Notes under the pieces: model-generated
Told to the model about the DNA's origin: nothing
What the model saw: only the letters and a program-made list of their open reading frames with translations
The model's database searches: none
Program-made: the position numbers and the translations under genes
In this document: positions 11,986 through 26,408 of the stretch, piece by piece
Layout: each line of letters starts with the position of its first letter
How positions within the stretch are numbered: position 1 is the stretch's first letter
Origin: Podarcis vaucheri
Lineage: Eukaryota
DNA length: 64,000 bases
Assembly (NCBI GenBank): GCA_965113315.1
Contig: OZ220363.1
Strand: one strand, 5' to 3'

Positions 11986-12703
11986 CATCAGTAATAATAT
12001 GTTAGTGCTTTGGAACAATTTTTGTATTTGGACTATGTCTGTCCGAAGTTGTGTTCCCACCCTGTCCTGCTTTTGAGAGCTAGGAAGGTGACCAACAGCA
12101 GCCTTGGCCTCAAAGCAGTTAAAAGCTCAGCTACTTTCGGTACTGGAATTACAAGAGCACAGCAGTATCACTTGCAGCCACTACTTTAGCTGACAGGGCT
12201 GTGATGGCAGGAGGCTGAGGATTCATAAAATGGGAGAAGGGAAGGGTTCCCTTCCTTTGAAAGGAGAACCTGACTGCTCCAGGCATAGGAAAGGAGCAAG
12301 AAAGGCAGCGGGGGAAATGCCAAGAGTGAGAGCATTCAGAAATGAGACGAAACAAATTGAGGGCTGCAGGAATGCACGTCTACACATGCCCTGCCGTAGC
12401 TTGGAGGGTTAAATTATTAGATGTGCTTTTTCTAGGTGAGACACACACTTGCTATTTCATTTGTGCATTCAAGAGTTTGGTTTCCAAAACCCTCACCTCA
12501 TTGGTACTTTTTTATAGCTCCTGTCACGCATATGGCCATGTTTCTGGGGCTTTGAAAATAGCATAAACAAAATATCGTTTCAGTACTTTGGTTTTGGATT
12601 TTTATTGTAATGCTGACAGTATGTGTTTGTTCTGAACACTCATCCACCCAGATAGATCTATACACACTGATTAAGATTAATTTATCTACCGACTGCTTAA
12701 TAT

Positions 12704-13239
12704 TGTTATGAGTCTTTTTGTGGGGAAAGTAGGCTGTATGCTGAGACCCTTCTAATTCCTGGATCCAGCATGGATTCAATTGCTGGAATAGCCAGGCGAG
12801 CCTGGTAATGGCCTGCTAAGTGCAGGTTGTTAAGAGAAGAAAGGGAGTGGCTCTGTTCCAGAGGGCAAGTGGGTAGGTTTCCCTCCCTGAACTGTCTGTT
12901 AGTTAGAAAGACAAAAGACCAGAGTGGAGAGTAGAGTTGTGCGAGCCAGAAGCTGAAAGAAAAGCTACAGGCTGGAAAGGCAGAGAGAGAGGTATGCTTG
13001 ATTTCTGTTTGAATTAAAGGCTGCGGCTATGGGAGAAACAAGACCCTCTTTTAAGTGTTATTGCTGCAAACCCCTCCATCACAGGCTCAGGTTGTATATG
13101 TGTGTAAATAAACCATATCTCATAAAGACACCACCGTCTCTGCTGTGCCTCATTCCAAAAGGAGTCACAAATCCTGGGTAAGTGCCTGGAACCCCTGGGA
13201 TCTCACACTGCTCAGAGATTGGGGTCTAAGCAGTTTACA
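12704..13239 (+). mobile_element. Old solo LTR-like element
   Basis: Starts TGTTATGAG; contains AATAAACCATAT.TCATAAAGAC. Alignable to the reverse complements of 37303-37857 and 40505-41045. Confidence 0.65.
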
Positions 13240-13749
13240 AATTAAGAACCGTAAATTCACAAAGCTAAAACACCAGCCAGGGTAATGAACGGTGTAAATG
13301 TTTCTGACATTCTACAGAGGGTGTTACTACCTATTGCTATCAAAGGTGTTACCTACACAACCGTGTGTATAATTTTGGGGTACCAACATGCCAACAGTAA
13401 TCCAACACTGCAATACTATGCTTCTCAACTCAGATGTCAATCCTGTTGTGTTCAAGGAGGCTTATTTCCCAGGTAAGTGTGCATAGAATCGCCAGCCTAA
13501 ATTCCTAAGTCTTTGTTGGACAGCTTGCCAGCGAAATTCAATTCAGCGAAATATGAAAAGCTACATAAAAATTAATGTAACAGCTAGGATGGATGGAAGT
13601 GAAAAGGGACTTTGATTGAAGCAACATGTCATGCCTACTTTGTAGCAATGAAGTAATATTGGAAAGTGTGCTTGCAACAGTAGATACTGGGAAATAATTT
13701 CCATGACATCATTTTGATTCTTACTCTTACTTTCAATGACTTGCATCTA

Positions 13750-14280
13750 CTATAATGCACCCTGTGGGGGGCTGCCTTTGGAGAGTTTTCGGAAACTCCA
13801 GCTGGTTCAGAATGCTGCAGCCAGAATTGCTATCGGGGCCAGTTATAGAAAGGATGTGATCCTCATGTTTCAACAACCCCAACAACCAGTCTGTTTCTGA
13901 GCACCATTCATAGTGTGGGATATGCCATAGAAGACTCGGGTCCCAGATTATCTAAAAGACTGCATTCTCCATATAAGTCTCCCTGGGTTTAAAGATCCTT
14001 TCCGTCTGTCCCACCAATGACTATAGCTTGGTTTTTAATGTTTTTGTCCTTGTGTTTTACTACATTTTATTGTATTTCTTTTATTGTATTGTATTTTTAC
14101 TACATTTTATTGTATTTGTGGGAGGCAGTGGAAGACAGAGCAATGGCGTGCTCTGGTCCGTGGGTTCACGAAGAGTCGGACACGACTAAATGACTAAACA
14201 ACAACAACAACAACATTGTATTTCTGCTGTTGTTGTGAGCCACCTTGAACATCATTTGACAGAAAGGCAGGATGCAACGT
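13750..14280 (+). mobile_element. Degenerate L2 3' fragment, interrupted by a BovB tail
   Basis: CGGAAACTCCAGCTGGTTCAGAATGCTGCAGCCAG (RKLQLVQNAAAR), typical of the L2 ORF2 C-terminus. Confidence 0.7.
14118..14214 (+). mobile_element. Severely 5'-truncated RTE-BovB insertion
   Basis: Matches the 3' end of 26409-27378 (AAGAGTCGGACACGACT..(CAA)n); TSD ATTGTATTT on both sides. Confidence 0.85.
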
Positions 14281-17200
14281 TTAAAAAAATGCACACATAA
14301 ATTGGAAACCATTTCACAGTATCTTATTATGGCACCAACATTTAATGCTTTATAGGCAGACAAATGGGCTTCATAGTCTATGGGAAATCTATCCTTAATG
14401 CATGTTAATGAATGGATGGCAAAACCCTGCCATCATTTCCCAAGACCTTCTCCAGTTCAAATGATTTGTATTCATGTGTGTATTCAAAGCAGAATACCAC
14501 ATGGACTATCAACTGTGTCTGTTTGTTTGGTGGACCCAGTAAACTGAATACCTCCAGGATGAGTCCTTGGGTATTTTATACATGGGAAGAGTTGCATTTT
14601 TGAAAGACTTAAACAAAGGAAATGGTGGCGTTTATTTGCCTGGACTGTGAGAACTTTCCTCTGCCTGAAGCCATCAACATTAAATAACCTAATCAGCCAG
14701 TATACTAATATTTATCTGATATGCATACTTCCCCCTAAGCAACCTTTAAGTCTTTCTCAATTACTGTTACCTAACACTGCACTGTACAAATCTTTTAGTG
14801 AGAGGAAACTTGCCATTTCCCATAAAAAAGGGATCATCTGCATGCTATGTATTCATGAGTTTGTTAATTGTGAAAATGAACATAGAGGTTCTTTCACAGA
14901 GTGTCCACTCAGAATCTCCAAAGACGAAAGAAAAGCCCTCATCACGTATTAAGTTTATTACTGGATTATGTCTGTGCGTCAAGGGCAGCTTCAAACATAA
15001 TGCATTTCCTGCGAGGGAGCATGAGCTCTATATGCAGAACGCACACACGGTGATTTCACAGCGTGTAGATGCACTGAAATAAATGAGTCTGCAGTGTATC
15101 GGATGTTGATGTCAACACAGACACCTGACCAATACCAGTGGTTATTCATACACACAGCATTTCCAGGGATATATATATGGTTGTTCATCTTGCATGTATC
15201 ATGGATATAATGTGTGTATCACTTCTTGAGACGTGACACAGAACCGGCCAACAAATATGTCTGGGGATCTTTGCTTTAAAATGCATGACCAGGACGTGTC
15301 TTTGTCTTAACTTCCACTGGGGTTTGTTGTATGCTCACATAAACCATGAAGAGTTGTAGAGGTCTTTTATTCAGCAACAGTTTTGAATTTTTGTCACACC
15401 TGACAAGTGCATTTTAATAAATTCTGTGCCAAAATTTTCTCCCACCTTTTTTTTTTATCACCACACTCCATTAATCAGTGGGAAAAATAACTGCATTTGA
15501 AAATTATCAAATGAAATGGTTGATGAAAATCTTATGGGTGGGGTATAGTTTCTTTTTGTTTGTGTGGCACTTGCCTTATTTATGAGGTGGCCAAGGGTGT
15601 CACAGAATTCTGGATAAAGGTTTACTGGAAAGAAAAACACACAGTACCATTGTTACCTTGTGAGAATAAATTCAAAACCCCTGCACTCATTGAAATTCTA
15701 AAAAAATATCAAGTGGTTTGAGGCTGAGGCAGAAAATTTGAAGGCTCTTTCTCAGAGGAAGAAATTTCAATCAGAAATGTTGCCACCACACTAGTTCGAA
15801 TACTGTAGCAAATATTTTATCTTTTGTTTACATTTTTATTTTATTATCTATCTTTCTATCTATCCTCGTATTCCAATGAAACTGATTACTGCTATGATGT
15901 CTTCCAAACATCCCAGTAAGATTTATGAGTTTAAGAGAATATTTATCACTTACCCCCCAACATTTTTCAAACTCCCCAAAATAACTTAAAATAATGACAT
16001 TTCCAAAATATGCAGAGAATCAGCTGTAAAAGCCCCGCACAACCAATAATTAACAGTATCTAATTTATACGTTCATTTCAACTGATACTGTCAAGTACTA
16101 TTGGTACTGGATTTCCATTCTCCCTCCAACCCTCAGTCTGCTAAATGAGATAAGTCTTGATATTTCATCCTGCTATTCCAAACCAGAGGTAGGGAACCCC
16201 TCAGCCATGGACCAAGATGGCCCATTGAGGTGTCCAATTTGGCTTGTGAAGCCATTTACCCCAAAGAAGGTCCACCCACCAATCAGTTGACATCACTGAT
16301 GGGCAGGAGAACAGGGTTTAACCCTGCATTGGCTGTGCACCCCGCTCCTTATAGAGGGATTCCCAGAAGAATCTGTCCCACTCCTACTCACTCCACTAGA
16401 GTTGCTTGTCCACTCACTTGAAGTAGAAGCATGTCCTGCTTTACACAGTGCTTTTAAGGCAGGCTCCATGCTCCCATTTCAGCCTTTGCAAATCTCCACA
16501 CTCCCCTTTTTAAACACCCCAGGCTTAAAAGGGGAGTGTGTTGAGGCTTGCAAAGCCCTAAAGGGGGAGTGGGGTTAGGGATGCTCACCCCGTTTGGCTC
16601 ATATGTCCAATCCCAATAGGGTTACTTACTACTGCTGTAAACGCATTGAATGTCTAAAACCAGAGATGCCCAGGTCTTTGCACCATCTTTTAATGCTAAA
16701 TGGGGCCATCTGATAGCAGGGGCAGGAGGGCAGGTGCTGGCTCCCTCCCCAGTATAATTCAAGTTCACACACCCTACCTTGCAACTCTCTCCAACCTGTC
16801 TCCTTCCAATTAAAGGGTGTGGCTTAATTTTTCCTACTGACCCTGTGCTGTAATTATAGAGATCTCTGAACCAGTGCAGCGCGGAAAAATGTTCAGGAGG
16901 AAAAGTAAACGCCTAAGTTGTCCTCATAGTAGGGATGTTCAAATGGGACCCCCCCCCCAAAAAAAACAGGTGAATTGGGTGGTGGGATTGAACCTACTGT
17001 TTTTGATGTTGTGTTTACACCAGTTGCACCTCCTTGCAGCAGTGCATCCAACATGAACAGGAAGGAGCGCTATGAGCACGTCTATGCATGTGTGTAGGGT
17101 TCTTATGTGCAAAGAGGAACCTTGGTCAACTGGGGTTCCCTTCTGCACACCTTAGGCATCACCCTGATACACAACCTGCAGCTCAGTCAAAGGCAGGGCC

Positions 17201-19659
17201 AGTGGGATATGCAACAATGTGGAGTGGGTGGGATTTGCAGTCCTGAATGTGTAGTGGGTGGGATTTGCAGACTGAAGGTACACATGAAGGAGGCTCCAGT
17301 GTCTGGCCATAGTAGCAAACACCCCAAGTGTCCAGAAGTCAAAATACCTCAAGTTGATTGTATGTACTGAGGGGAGGAAGGGGTCCCATTGGATTTGACA
17401 TGGCACTAAACAAGTCTCCACTGAAACTAACATGGTTCTTTGTGTTCCTTGTTACTGATTTACTACCAGAGACGAGGCCTTCTTGGTGGTGGTGCCTCAG
17501 TTGTGGAACACCTACCAGAAAGGCTTGCCTGGTGCCTACCTTACTGTCATGTTGTCAGAAGGCAAAGTCTTTTATTTTTCTGAGCTGTTTAGATTCAACA
17601 TTAATCCTACTGACTGTTTCATGCTGCTTTTTACGTAGCTTTTAGTATAATATGTTAACTGTTTTTCTTTTCTTTTTGCAAACCACCCTGGGGATATGGC
17701 TGAAGCTTGATCTAAAATACCTATAACAAAACAGACTGATTCTAATAAACTAATGTTTTAAAATATTTGACCAATGAATGAAATTTGTCGTTCATTTCTG
17801 TTTGCCATAATCAAAAAGCCCACCCTAATTTACATGTTCATATTTTGCATGCATGTAATGTACTTAGCATATTTAAGATTAAGCATATTTCAGATTGATT
17901 TAAATTATTTCAAATGGGTTAACCTTTATTAAGTTATTACCTGACTTCTTTTGTAATAATGGATTATAAATGGAAATGAATAAATATATGGTGATACCTA
18001 TGGAACTGCCATTCAGTTAATATTTTTCCTTCAATAATGTATTAAATTTCAGCCTCTCTTTAATATATTGGAAACCACATTTGTTACCCTGTAGGTAGAC
18101 CGCCCATAGGAGGAATACTGATTCTCCCCAACTACTCTAGCAACAAAGTTAGTGCACCCCAATTTTTAAGAGGCAAAGGTAGTAAAGTGTGGGTGGTTTT
18201 AATATAGGGTGGATAATTACATCAGACAGACACTATTAAAATTAATACATAATATTCAGCACTTATGCCGTGCCTTTCATTTGCAGTGTGTGAACTCCAA
18301 ATGCTGCTTATAATCCTTAAAGCAGCCAGAATGCAGTCTAAAATTTTGGCCAAAAACCCTTGACAAATCACCCTCACCACACTCCTGGCTCCAGCCAGAC
18401 CTCAAAACATACTGCAAAGTGCACTGCTTTCTTTGTATAGACTGTAAGGCTTGCACTGAAAAGGTGCCACCCATTGCAAGCATCACCACTAATGGGACAA
18501 ATTAGCCTCAAATAAAGTCGTATTGCTTTCAGTTGGATGTACAGTGGAATCCTATGCATTTTTAGTCAGAGGTCCCATTGCAAGAAAACACTTCCAAACA
18601 GGCCAGCCATCTTTTGGCTGGGTGTTGTCATGCAGGAAGGATTTTTGTTTTTTAAGAAAAAATAAGAAAGAAACCAGTGTCTTTTTCTAGATTGGAAGGC
18701 CTGCTCTGAGGAGCTTACATGCTCTGGGGAAAAGGAAGGGAAAAAGAGCATTAAGCAGTGTCTTAAATGTGTAAATGTAGTCTGAGACCAAATCTTCAGA
18801 AACGTGTCCTCCTCACGTGAGTAATTAAACAAGAAAAGAAACAGATTGCTTTGGCTGATGACTAGAGTGGGACACACAGGTCTGACCTGAAAAACACAAA
18901 AGCAGTTGGGAAGCTCAGCCACAGTAATTGTGGCCTGACCACTGACTACCTTTCTGGCTTCCCAACATCCATCACTTGAGTAGTGTTGCTGCCAGCAGCA
19001 AGGGTGTGGGTGTGTGGCAATGTGGTGGCCAGGTTAATGAATGGAGTGACAGCTGAGCCCAGGGTTGCCCAAGTCGGGGAGAGCAGACAGCCTCGCCCAT
19101 CATTTCCCACAGTTAGTGGAAGAGCTTGCCTTTGCCATTAGGGTGGAGAGAAAGCGAGAAAGAGAGTCACCCGTCTCCTCCTTAACTTCAACCCAGCTCA
19201 ACCAGTAGGTTGTGTTCTTCCTTCAACCCGTTCCAAGGTGCTTTTAAACTGGGTGTCCAATTTCAGAAGCCAGCATTCATTGAGGAGTTGGATTAAGGGC
19301 AAAGGTATGCAGACACCTTTAATTGCTAGGAGCTCTTCTCTCATGTGCTGTTGCTGCTGCCCTCTCTTGTCGGACCCGTGCCAATTTCTCTTTGTGAAGA
19401 TGCAATTGCACAATTTCAGGATTTATTTATTTTTTAATAAAAGATAAAGAAGAATCTATGTGTGCAACTTGGACAAGGGGAAGGGATGGTAGCCAAAAGC
19501 AGCTGTGCATTCCTTCAAATTCAGGGATAGGGAAGCTGTGGCCATCAAGATGTTCTTGGACTCCAGCTTCCACCAATGGGCAGCGATGTTGTGAGTTATA
19601 GCCCAGTAATATCTGCAGGGCCACAGAGTGCCTATTCCTGCTCCAGTTTCTACTGTAAG

Positions 19660-19850
19660 AAGGACCATAGTTCAGTGGTAGAGAACTATGCAGAAGGCAT
19701 GCAGAAGGTCACAGTTTTAATCCTCAGCATCTCCAGGTAGGGCTGGGAGACATTCCTGCCTGCAACCCTGGAAAGCTGCTACCAGTCAATGTAGACGATA
19801 CTGAACTAGACGGACCATTTGACTGACTTCGGTATCAGGAAACTTGCCAT
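19660..19850 (+). mobile_element. Old tRNA-derived SINE
   Basis: CCATAGTTCAGTGGTAGAG head and CCCTGGAAAGCTGCTACCAGTC body. Related copies near 430, 31125, 43870, 55070 and 61530. Confidence 0.65.
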
Positions 19851-21508
19851 TTTCTCAATATATTCCCCAAGGTGCTTCCTGTGGATTAGAGTGTTCAGTG
19901 CTGCTGCTGTAGAAAGGGTGAAATGCTTGAGCCCCAAGGGAGCTGGCTAATGCGCCAAGACTTATGCTCCCACACTCTCCAGTTGCATACCAGCAAAACT
20001 CTTTGGCCTTCTCATCTCAAGCATTACCACTGCTCCTACTCTCCCTGCTCTGAGCTGTGGGCAGAAGGTTCCTCTGCCCCCTCCGGAACTGATTCCACAT
20101 GGGCTCCTCCAGATACCCTGTTCATTGAGCATTCATTCTGAGTTGCTCGTAGAAAGTTTATTTGGAGGGCATACGATGCCTGGTCTTTACTGAACATTTA
20201 TCCTGCTTTGGTCACAGGGAGGTTATATGCCTATGAACATTTGTCCTGGTGTGCTTGCATGGTGGTTATGCAACTTTCTGTTACTTATTCGTTCATCTTG
20301 CACTTTTCAGGATCTTTCCCTGTCCCTTTCCAAAAAGTAACTAAACACACAAACACAAGCACAATTTCCAGCATGTGCTTGAATCCCTCCTGAAAAATAG
20401 TGAGAGTCTGGAGAGGGGTCTCCCTGTACTGAACTGTGCAAACTCATGCTCCTGCCTTCTTAGATGTGTCACACACACACAGTTTAGAAGAAGGGACATT
20501 TTCAACATTATGTCATATGAATCTAAGTAATCTTATGTAACTGATACTCTCTGCAATAATCAAACACGGTTTGCCTTATGTAACTTGTACTGTCAGCAGC
20601 ACTCATTTCACAATGACAAACTAATGCTCCCTTTCCCTCCTGTGAATACAAAGGCGCTGCCCCTTTCCATCGCTTCCCTTCTTGCATGTGCAACCATGCT
20701 CTCCACCCTTGAGGAAGAGGAATGATGAGAAATTCCCCTTTTTAAACCAGTCAGGTGCATCTCTTGATACTTGCATCCCCACAACGCCATTGGCTGAAGG
20801 GAATTCTGGAAACTCTTTTGCGCCTCGTGTGCTGCTCAGTGGTCTTTTTCTCCAGCTACGTTGGTAAAGAAAAAACGCTTTATATGTGTTATAACACTGT
20901 GACACCAGATGGCACTGTGGAGTCCCACCTTTCACCAACTGGATTTCCCTTGATGAAGTTTACAACATGTTTAACTGAATCGCGTTTTTGGTGTGTCTAG
21001 ATCCAGCCCAGATCTGCTGTTGGTGATTTATTATTCCATTTCTACCCTGCCTTTCCCTCCAAGGAGTTCAAGGTGGCATACATGATTCTCCTCCTCCAAT
21101 GTTTTTATCCTCACAACGACCCTCTGAGGTAGGTTGAGAGGCAGTGACTGGCCCAAGATCACCCAGTGAGCTTCATGGCTGAGTAGGGATTTGAACCCTG
21201 GTCTGCTTCATCCAAGGAAAGTGTTGGGCTTCTTACTGCAGATCAAGTCACCATTAAAAGCAAAGCCACAGAGGCCAGTTCAAAAGTTGGCAGTATTGTT
21301 TTGACATACATTGTGTATTGTGCCAGCTTTTCTTTTCTTCTTCTTTTCTTTTGTCCTCTTCTTATGCCTGGCACCCTGGAAGGGAGATGTGGGTTAGCAA
21401 AAGTTTAGCCAGCTAAATGTGCCAAACCGCTTTTAAGGGCAGCGCAGAAAGCCTTGCTGGAAAGAAAAGAAAACAACACTAGCTGCAAATAAAGACTGGA
21501 AGGCTCAT

Positions 21509-22087
21509 TGTCATGGACTGGCTGGATGCAGAGGAGTGGGGCCAGGGGAAGAAGGCTCAGAGCCAGGGGATTGGTGGTATGATGACAATGAGTGGTCAGA
21601 GGGAGAAGAGGGAGCAGACTGGGAGGAGGTGTCGGAAGCCAAAGAGCTAACAGGGTTTAGTGTGCAGGAAGAGGCTGTGACAGAGGGCAGTCCAGAATCA
21701 GAGGCAGAAGCGGAGGTTGGAGAGGAGGTGGGCCGAGAGGTAGGAGGCAGGCTGCTGAAGAAGCCAGGGAATCTCCCCCTCCTGCTAAGACAAGCTCCCC
21801 TTTTCCCTAGTCTCCCAGAACATGCAGAGAAATGAAAAGGGTGGAGCAATGAGAGACAAGATGACGGAGCCTTAGGCTGTTGGGGAAGGAACCACGGGAG
21901 AAAGAGACTTAGAGAGTGGGGACCTTCAATCCTCACAACTGCTTCACTGGGGCATGACCTACTGGGAAAGGTTGCTGTGACCACTAGGACTGAGCTGTTT
22001 TGTTTCTTTGACTAAAGAGTTAACTTCACTGACACTGTGTCCTTTATTGTTTTATTGCTGCCCTCTGCCTAACTCCTGGTCCTGACA
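21509..22087 (+). mobile_element. Solo LTR
   Basis: TGTCA...TGACA inverted termini with a perfect 5-bp TSD CTCAT (21504-21508, 22088-22092). Confidence 0.8.
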
Positions 22088-23146
22088 CTCATGCACATTT
22101 AAATATGGCTTCTTCAATGTGGAGCTAACACCAGCTGTTCTCAGGCTGACAGACACCTGGACAATGGGATTACCAATTGGCCAGAGTAAAAAAGGAAAGG
22201 AAAACACAGCCAAGCCTCCTTTGCCCTTAAAATCAGCCTGATATACAAGAATTAGAAGGTGAAGATTTCACAGCGCGACCATCTGTGCATAGTTGTAATT
22301 CAAATGGCTCTTCAAAGGCCCGTCTACGGGGGCCAGTTGAAAAGCTGGCAACTGCACACAATAAGCCTGCCAGGAAAGGGCCTTGTCTCTATTGGCAGTC
22401 CTTTCCCAAGAAAATTAAGGATTTTGACATTGCCAAGGATTTGGGCACCGATAAGGAAAGGCACCCTAATGACATGGAAAAGGCTGATGGGGATGGCATG
22501 GAATTGTATGACTAACCAGTCCCAGGGAGAGTATTGCGGCAAACTACTGTACAAATTATGTGATTCATTAAGCATACTCTGTTGTGGGTGTGGTATGTCT
22601 CCACGGCAACACAATAGTATTCCTTTCTGGGCTTCCCTGTACTCCACCCAAGTCTTCATGCTTTCCCTTTGTGAGTGGGACATGCATATGTTTGTACAGA
22701 GGACTCTGTGTGAGAAAGAGAATGGGAAGATCAGCACTTGTCTTGTCATAGCATGGTCCTGAGGGGGAACTTCACTGCTGCAATGTTGGTCCTCTCCTTT
22801 GCACACTGAGGCGTTACACCTCAGCAGTGTTTTAGCAGCAATGGAACTGCTTTCTGCTGCCGCTGCTGCAGAAGCAGGGCCACAATGCAGAAATCAACAT
22901 TGTATCCATAAAGATAGAAGGGATCTAGTCCAGGTGTAGGGCACTGTTGGCCCTCCAGATGTTGCCCCAGGAAGCATGGGTGATAGCCAGGGATGGTAAG
23001 AGTTGTAATTCAGAAACATCTTGGGGTGGGAGCAATGTTTCCCCACAGCTGAACTAGTCTAAAAGAGGTAAAGACAACATATTTGCATCTTTTCCTAAAA
23101 GCCCGTCAAGGAACACAGCAATAAAGAACTTTGCCATGTAGGGGCC

Positions 23147-23147
<1 letters not shown>

Positions 23148-23195
<48 letters not shown>
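23148..23195. repeat. (ATT)n microsatellite
   Basis: Direct observation. Confidence 0.95.
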
Positions 23196-23196
<1 letters not shown>

Positions 23197-23294
23197 TAGA
23201 GGGCTTGCAATGTTACCAGTGTGTTGCAGAAAAAACAACAGTGTCTTTTAACACTATAAAGCTGCTACAAGACTCTTTGCTCCCTCCTTACTTA

Positions 23295-23545
23295 CCGTAT
23301 TTTTTGCTCAATTTTTCCCTCCTAAAAAGTAAGCGGAAATGTGTGTGCATCTTATGGAGCGAAAGCAAGCTGCGCTGCTATCCCAGAAGCCAGAACAGCA
23401 AGAGTGATTGCTGCTTTCACTGTGCAGCGATCCCTCTTGCTGTTCTGCCTTCTGAGATTCAGAATATATATTTTTTCTTGTTTTCCTCCTCCAAAAAGTA
23501 GGTGCGTCTTGTGGTCTGGTGCGTCTTATAGAGCGAAAAATACGG
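23295..23545. mobile_element. Tc1/mariner-type MITE
   Basis: TIRs CCGTATTTTTTGCTC / GAGCGAAAAATACGG, with TA on the left flank. Confidence 0.75.
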
Positions 23546-23842
23546 TCTGTTTCTCAGGATCCACGGCTCTCTCTGTAACAATAGCTAAAGACTGGAGGAG
23601 GATCTCTCCATTACAAGATGCAATGGCTAGAAATTTGGATATGAAACCCATAATTAAATCTCCATTTAGCCCTGAAACTCACTCGATGTTCTTTGGCAAG
23701 CCGCCATCTTTCAGACAAACCCAATTTAGAGGGTAGTTCTGGTGACCTACTGGGTGGCCAGGCTCCTCGGAGGGAGGCCACGCTCCCATTTTTTCAGGAT
23801 GGACATCTGACTTATTCTACCGAACAGCACTTGACTTCCACC

Positions 23843-24578
23843 TAGAATCATAGAATCATAGAGTTGGAAGAGACCACAAGGGCCATCAAGTCCAACCCCC
23901 TGCCAAGCAGGAAACACCATCAGAGCACTCCTGACATATGGTTGTCAAGCCTCTGCTTAAAGACCTCCAAAGTAGGAGACTCCACCACACTCCTTGGCAG
24001 CAAATTCCACTGTCGAACAGCTCTTACTGTCAGGAAGTTCTTCCTAATGTTTAGGTGGAATCTTCTTTCTTGTAGTTTGGATCCATTGCTCTGTGTCCGC
24101 TTCTCTGGAGCAGCAGAAAACAACCTTTCTCCCTCCTCTATGTGACATCCTTTTATATATTTGAACATGGCTATCATATCACCCCTTAACCTCCTCTTCT
24201 TCAGGCTAAACATGCCCAGCTCCCTTAGCCGTTCCTCATAAGGCATCGTTTCCAGGCCTTTGACCATTTTGGTTGCCCTCCTCTGGACACGTTCCAGTTT
24301 GTCAGTGTCCTTCTTGAACTGTGGTGCCCAGAACTGGACACAGTACTCCAGGTGAGGTCTGACCAGAGCAGAATACAGTGGCACTATTACTTCCCTTGAT
24401 CTAGATGCTATACTCCTATTGATGCAGCACAGAATTGCATTGGCTTTTTTAGCTGCCGCGTCACACTGTTGGCTCATGTCAAGTTTGTGGTCAACCAAGA
24501 CTCCTAGATCCTTTTCACATGTACTGCTCTCAAGCCAGGTGTCCCCCATCTTGTATTTGTGCCTCTCATTTTTTTTGC
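23843..24578 (-). mobile_element. Young 5'-truncated CR1 LINE (ORF2 C-terminus still open, 23920-24549)
   Basis: [25 protein letters not shown]...[25 protein letters not shown]...[11 protein letters not shown] is canonical CR1; (ATTCTATG)n tail at about 23843-23861. Confidence 0.95.
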
Positions 24579-25703
24579 CCTACTCTGATCATGTCCCTGC
24601 TGGAGGGAGAAATGCTCTTGCCTCAGCTGCTCCTGTACCAAGCAGGAACGAGTTGTGAGGGGTTGCATCCACACAGCCTAAGATGTTGTGATTTCTTTTT
24701 TCTTCCGCTCAACACTTGGAGATCTTGCATGGGCTCCCATCCATCTTAAAGCTCTTTCTAATCTCTGAATAAACTTTCATTCTCTTCCTTCCGAGCTTCC
24801 CTGCACTTGGGTAAATCAGTTGGTGTAAAGTCAGACAGGGACTTTTAGCACTTCCAAGTCTTTGTCCATTGAAGGTGAATTGTTGAGGCACCTGCCATGG
24901 GCAATAAGAATAGGTAGCTGAGATTAAAGTACAATCGAAGCAGAGGAAACAATGACTCATAAGAGATAAGACTAGCATACTGGCTTCTTATCTGATTGAC
25001 TGCAGGTAGATAAGGTGGGAAGTCCCTTCGGCATTCCAAGCCAATTTGCTCAGTCTGACATCACCTGCTTCTTTTAAATGCCTACCTTCCCTCTCACCCA
25101 TTTTAATTCTCAGTCTTGGTGGCTGAATGGAGCTCGGCAGCCCCCCTTCCCTCCCTCGAATATCTAATCATACTGCAAATTGATTCATAAAAGGACTTTG
25201 GAGTTAAATAAACTACTCTGCGGCCACATGAAGGCAATTTGGGCGTTGACAGATGATAGCTCTCTTGAAGTAGGGAAACCACATCCAGGAAGGGCAAGAC
25301 TGGCCGTTCAAAGAAACTTATCTTAACTTTCCAAAGGTCTCAGAGTGTACTCAGGCGGCACACTAAAGCCCGTTGTGTGCACAGGCAGAGCGCCACACCT
25401 GTGCAAGGACCATCTGCTGGCAAGTCTTGCCTTTCACCCATTCTGCCTGTTTCATTTCAGTGATTTATTGGTGGTTTTACATCACCAACGTAGCAGTAAC
25501 TTTAAAAAACACAAAACCATATGGTGACTCTATGCACATGCAATCATCTGTAATCTCTGGCACTGAACCTATGGCTAATCCCCCTTCTACACCCACCATC
25601 TCAGAAATCCAGGAAAATAGCAGGAGACTTTTCTTGTGGCTGAGGACTGTAGACACCCACATCTCCACACACTGAGAGCCATTACAAGACTATTGGTCTA
25701 GAC

Positions 25704-25955
25704 CATGGGAAGGCAAACTAAGGCCCGGGGGCTGGATCCAGCCCAATCGCCTTCTCAATCCAACCCATGGACGGTCCGGGACTCAGTGTGTTTTTACATG
25801 AGTAGAATGTGTGCTTTTACTTAAAGTTCATCTCTAGGTTATTTGTGGGGCATAGGAATTCGTTCATTTCCCCCCCTTCAGAATATACTTCGGCCCCCAA
25901 CAATGTCTGAGGGACAGTGGACTGGCCCCCTGCTGAAAAAGTTTGCTGACCTCTG
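25704..25955. mobile_element. hAT-type MITE
   Basis: CATGGGAAGGCAAACT / AGTTTGCTGACCTCTG termini; 8-bp TSD GTCTAGAC/GTCTAGTC. Confidence 0.75.
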
Positions 25956-26408
25956 GTCTAGTCTTTGGACCCGCCAGTTATGATCTGCACACAGATTTTT
26001 AAAAATCCACTCAGAATGTTGAAGAACTGATTGTGCACATATCACAGTGCAAACCATTTACAGATAGTTTCTTAACTGTGGATTCCTATCTTCCCAGTCC
26101 CACATTTCTGAAATGAATTGACACGTTCAGGGCCGAAATGTGACATGAAGCCACACCCTCCCTTCTGAGATCTCTGGTTCCAGGTGTCTGGGTGGGGACT
26201 CACTGCGGATCATACTAAGCAACATCCAGCACTGGGTTCACACAGCAGACACCCAGATGTCTCTGGACAGGCTACAAGCAGGGCATGGGGGAAATAGCCC
26301 TCTCCCACTGTTGTTCCACAGCAACAGCATATTCAAAAGCCTGCTGCCTTTGATCCTGAAGATCTCATACAGCTCATCCTCCATGAATTTGTCTAACATA
26401 GTACATTG

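Noticed and set aside
12704-13239. Possibility that this LTR and the inverted copy at 37303-37857 are one insertion duplicated along with PHLDA2
   Set aside because: Only a 4-bp ATAT flank is shared and further flanks do not align. A third copy nearby shows the family is common.
21536-21835. Acidic 99-aa ORF
   Set aside because: Lies within a solo LTR bounded by TG...CA and a 5-bp TSD; purine-rich composition explains it.
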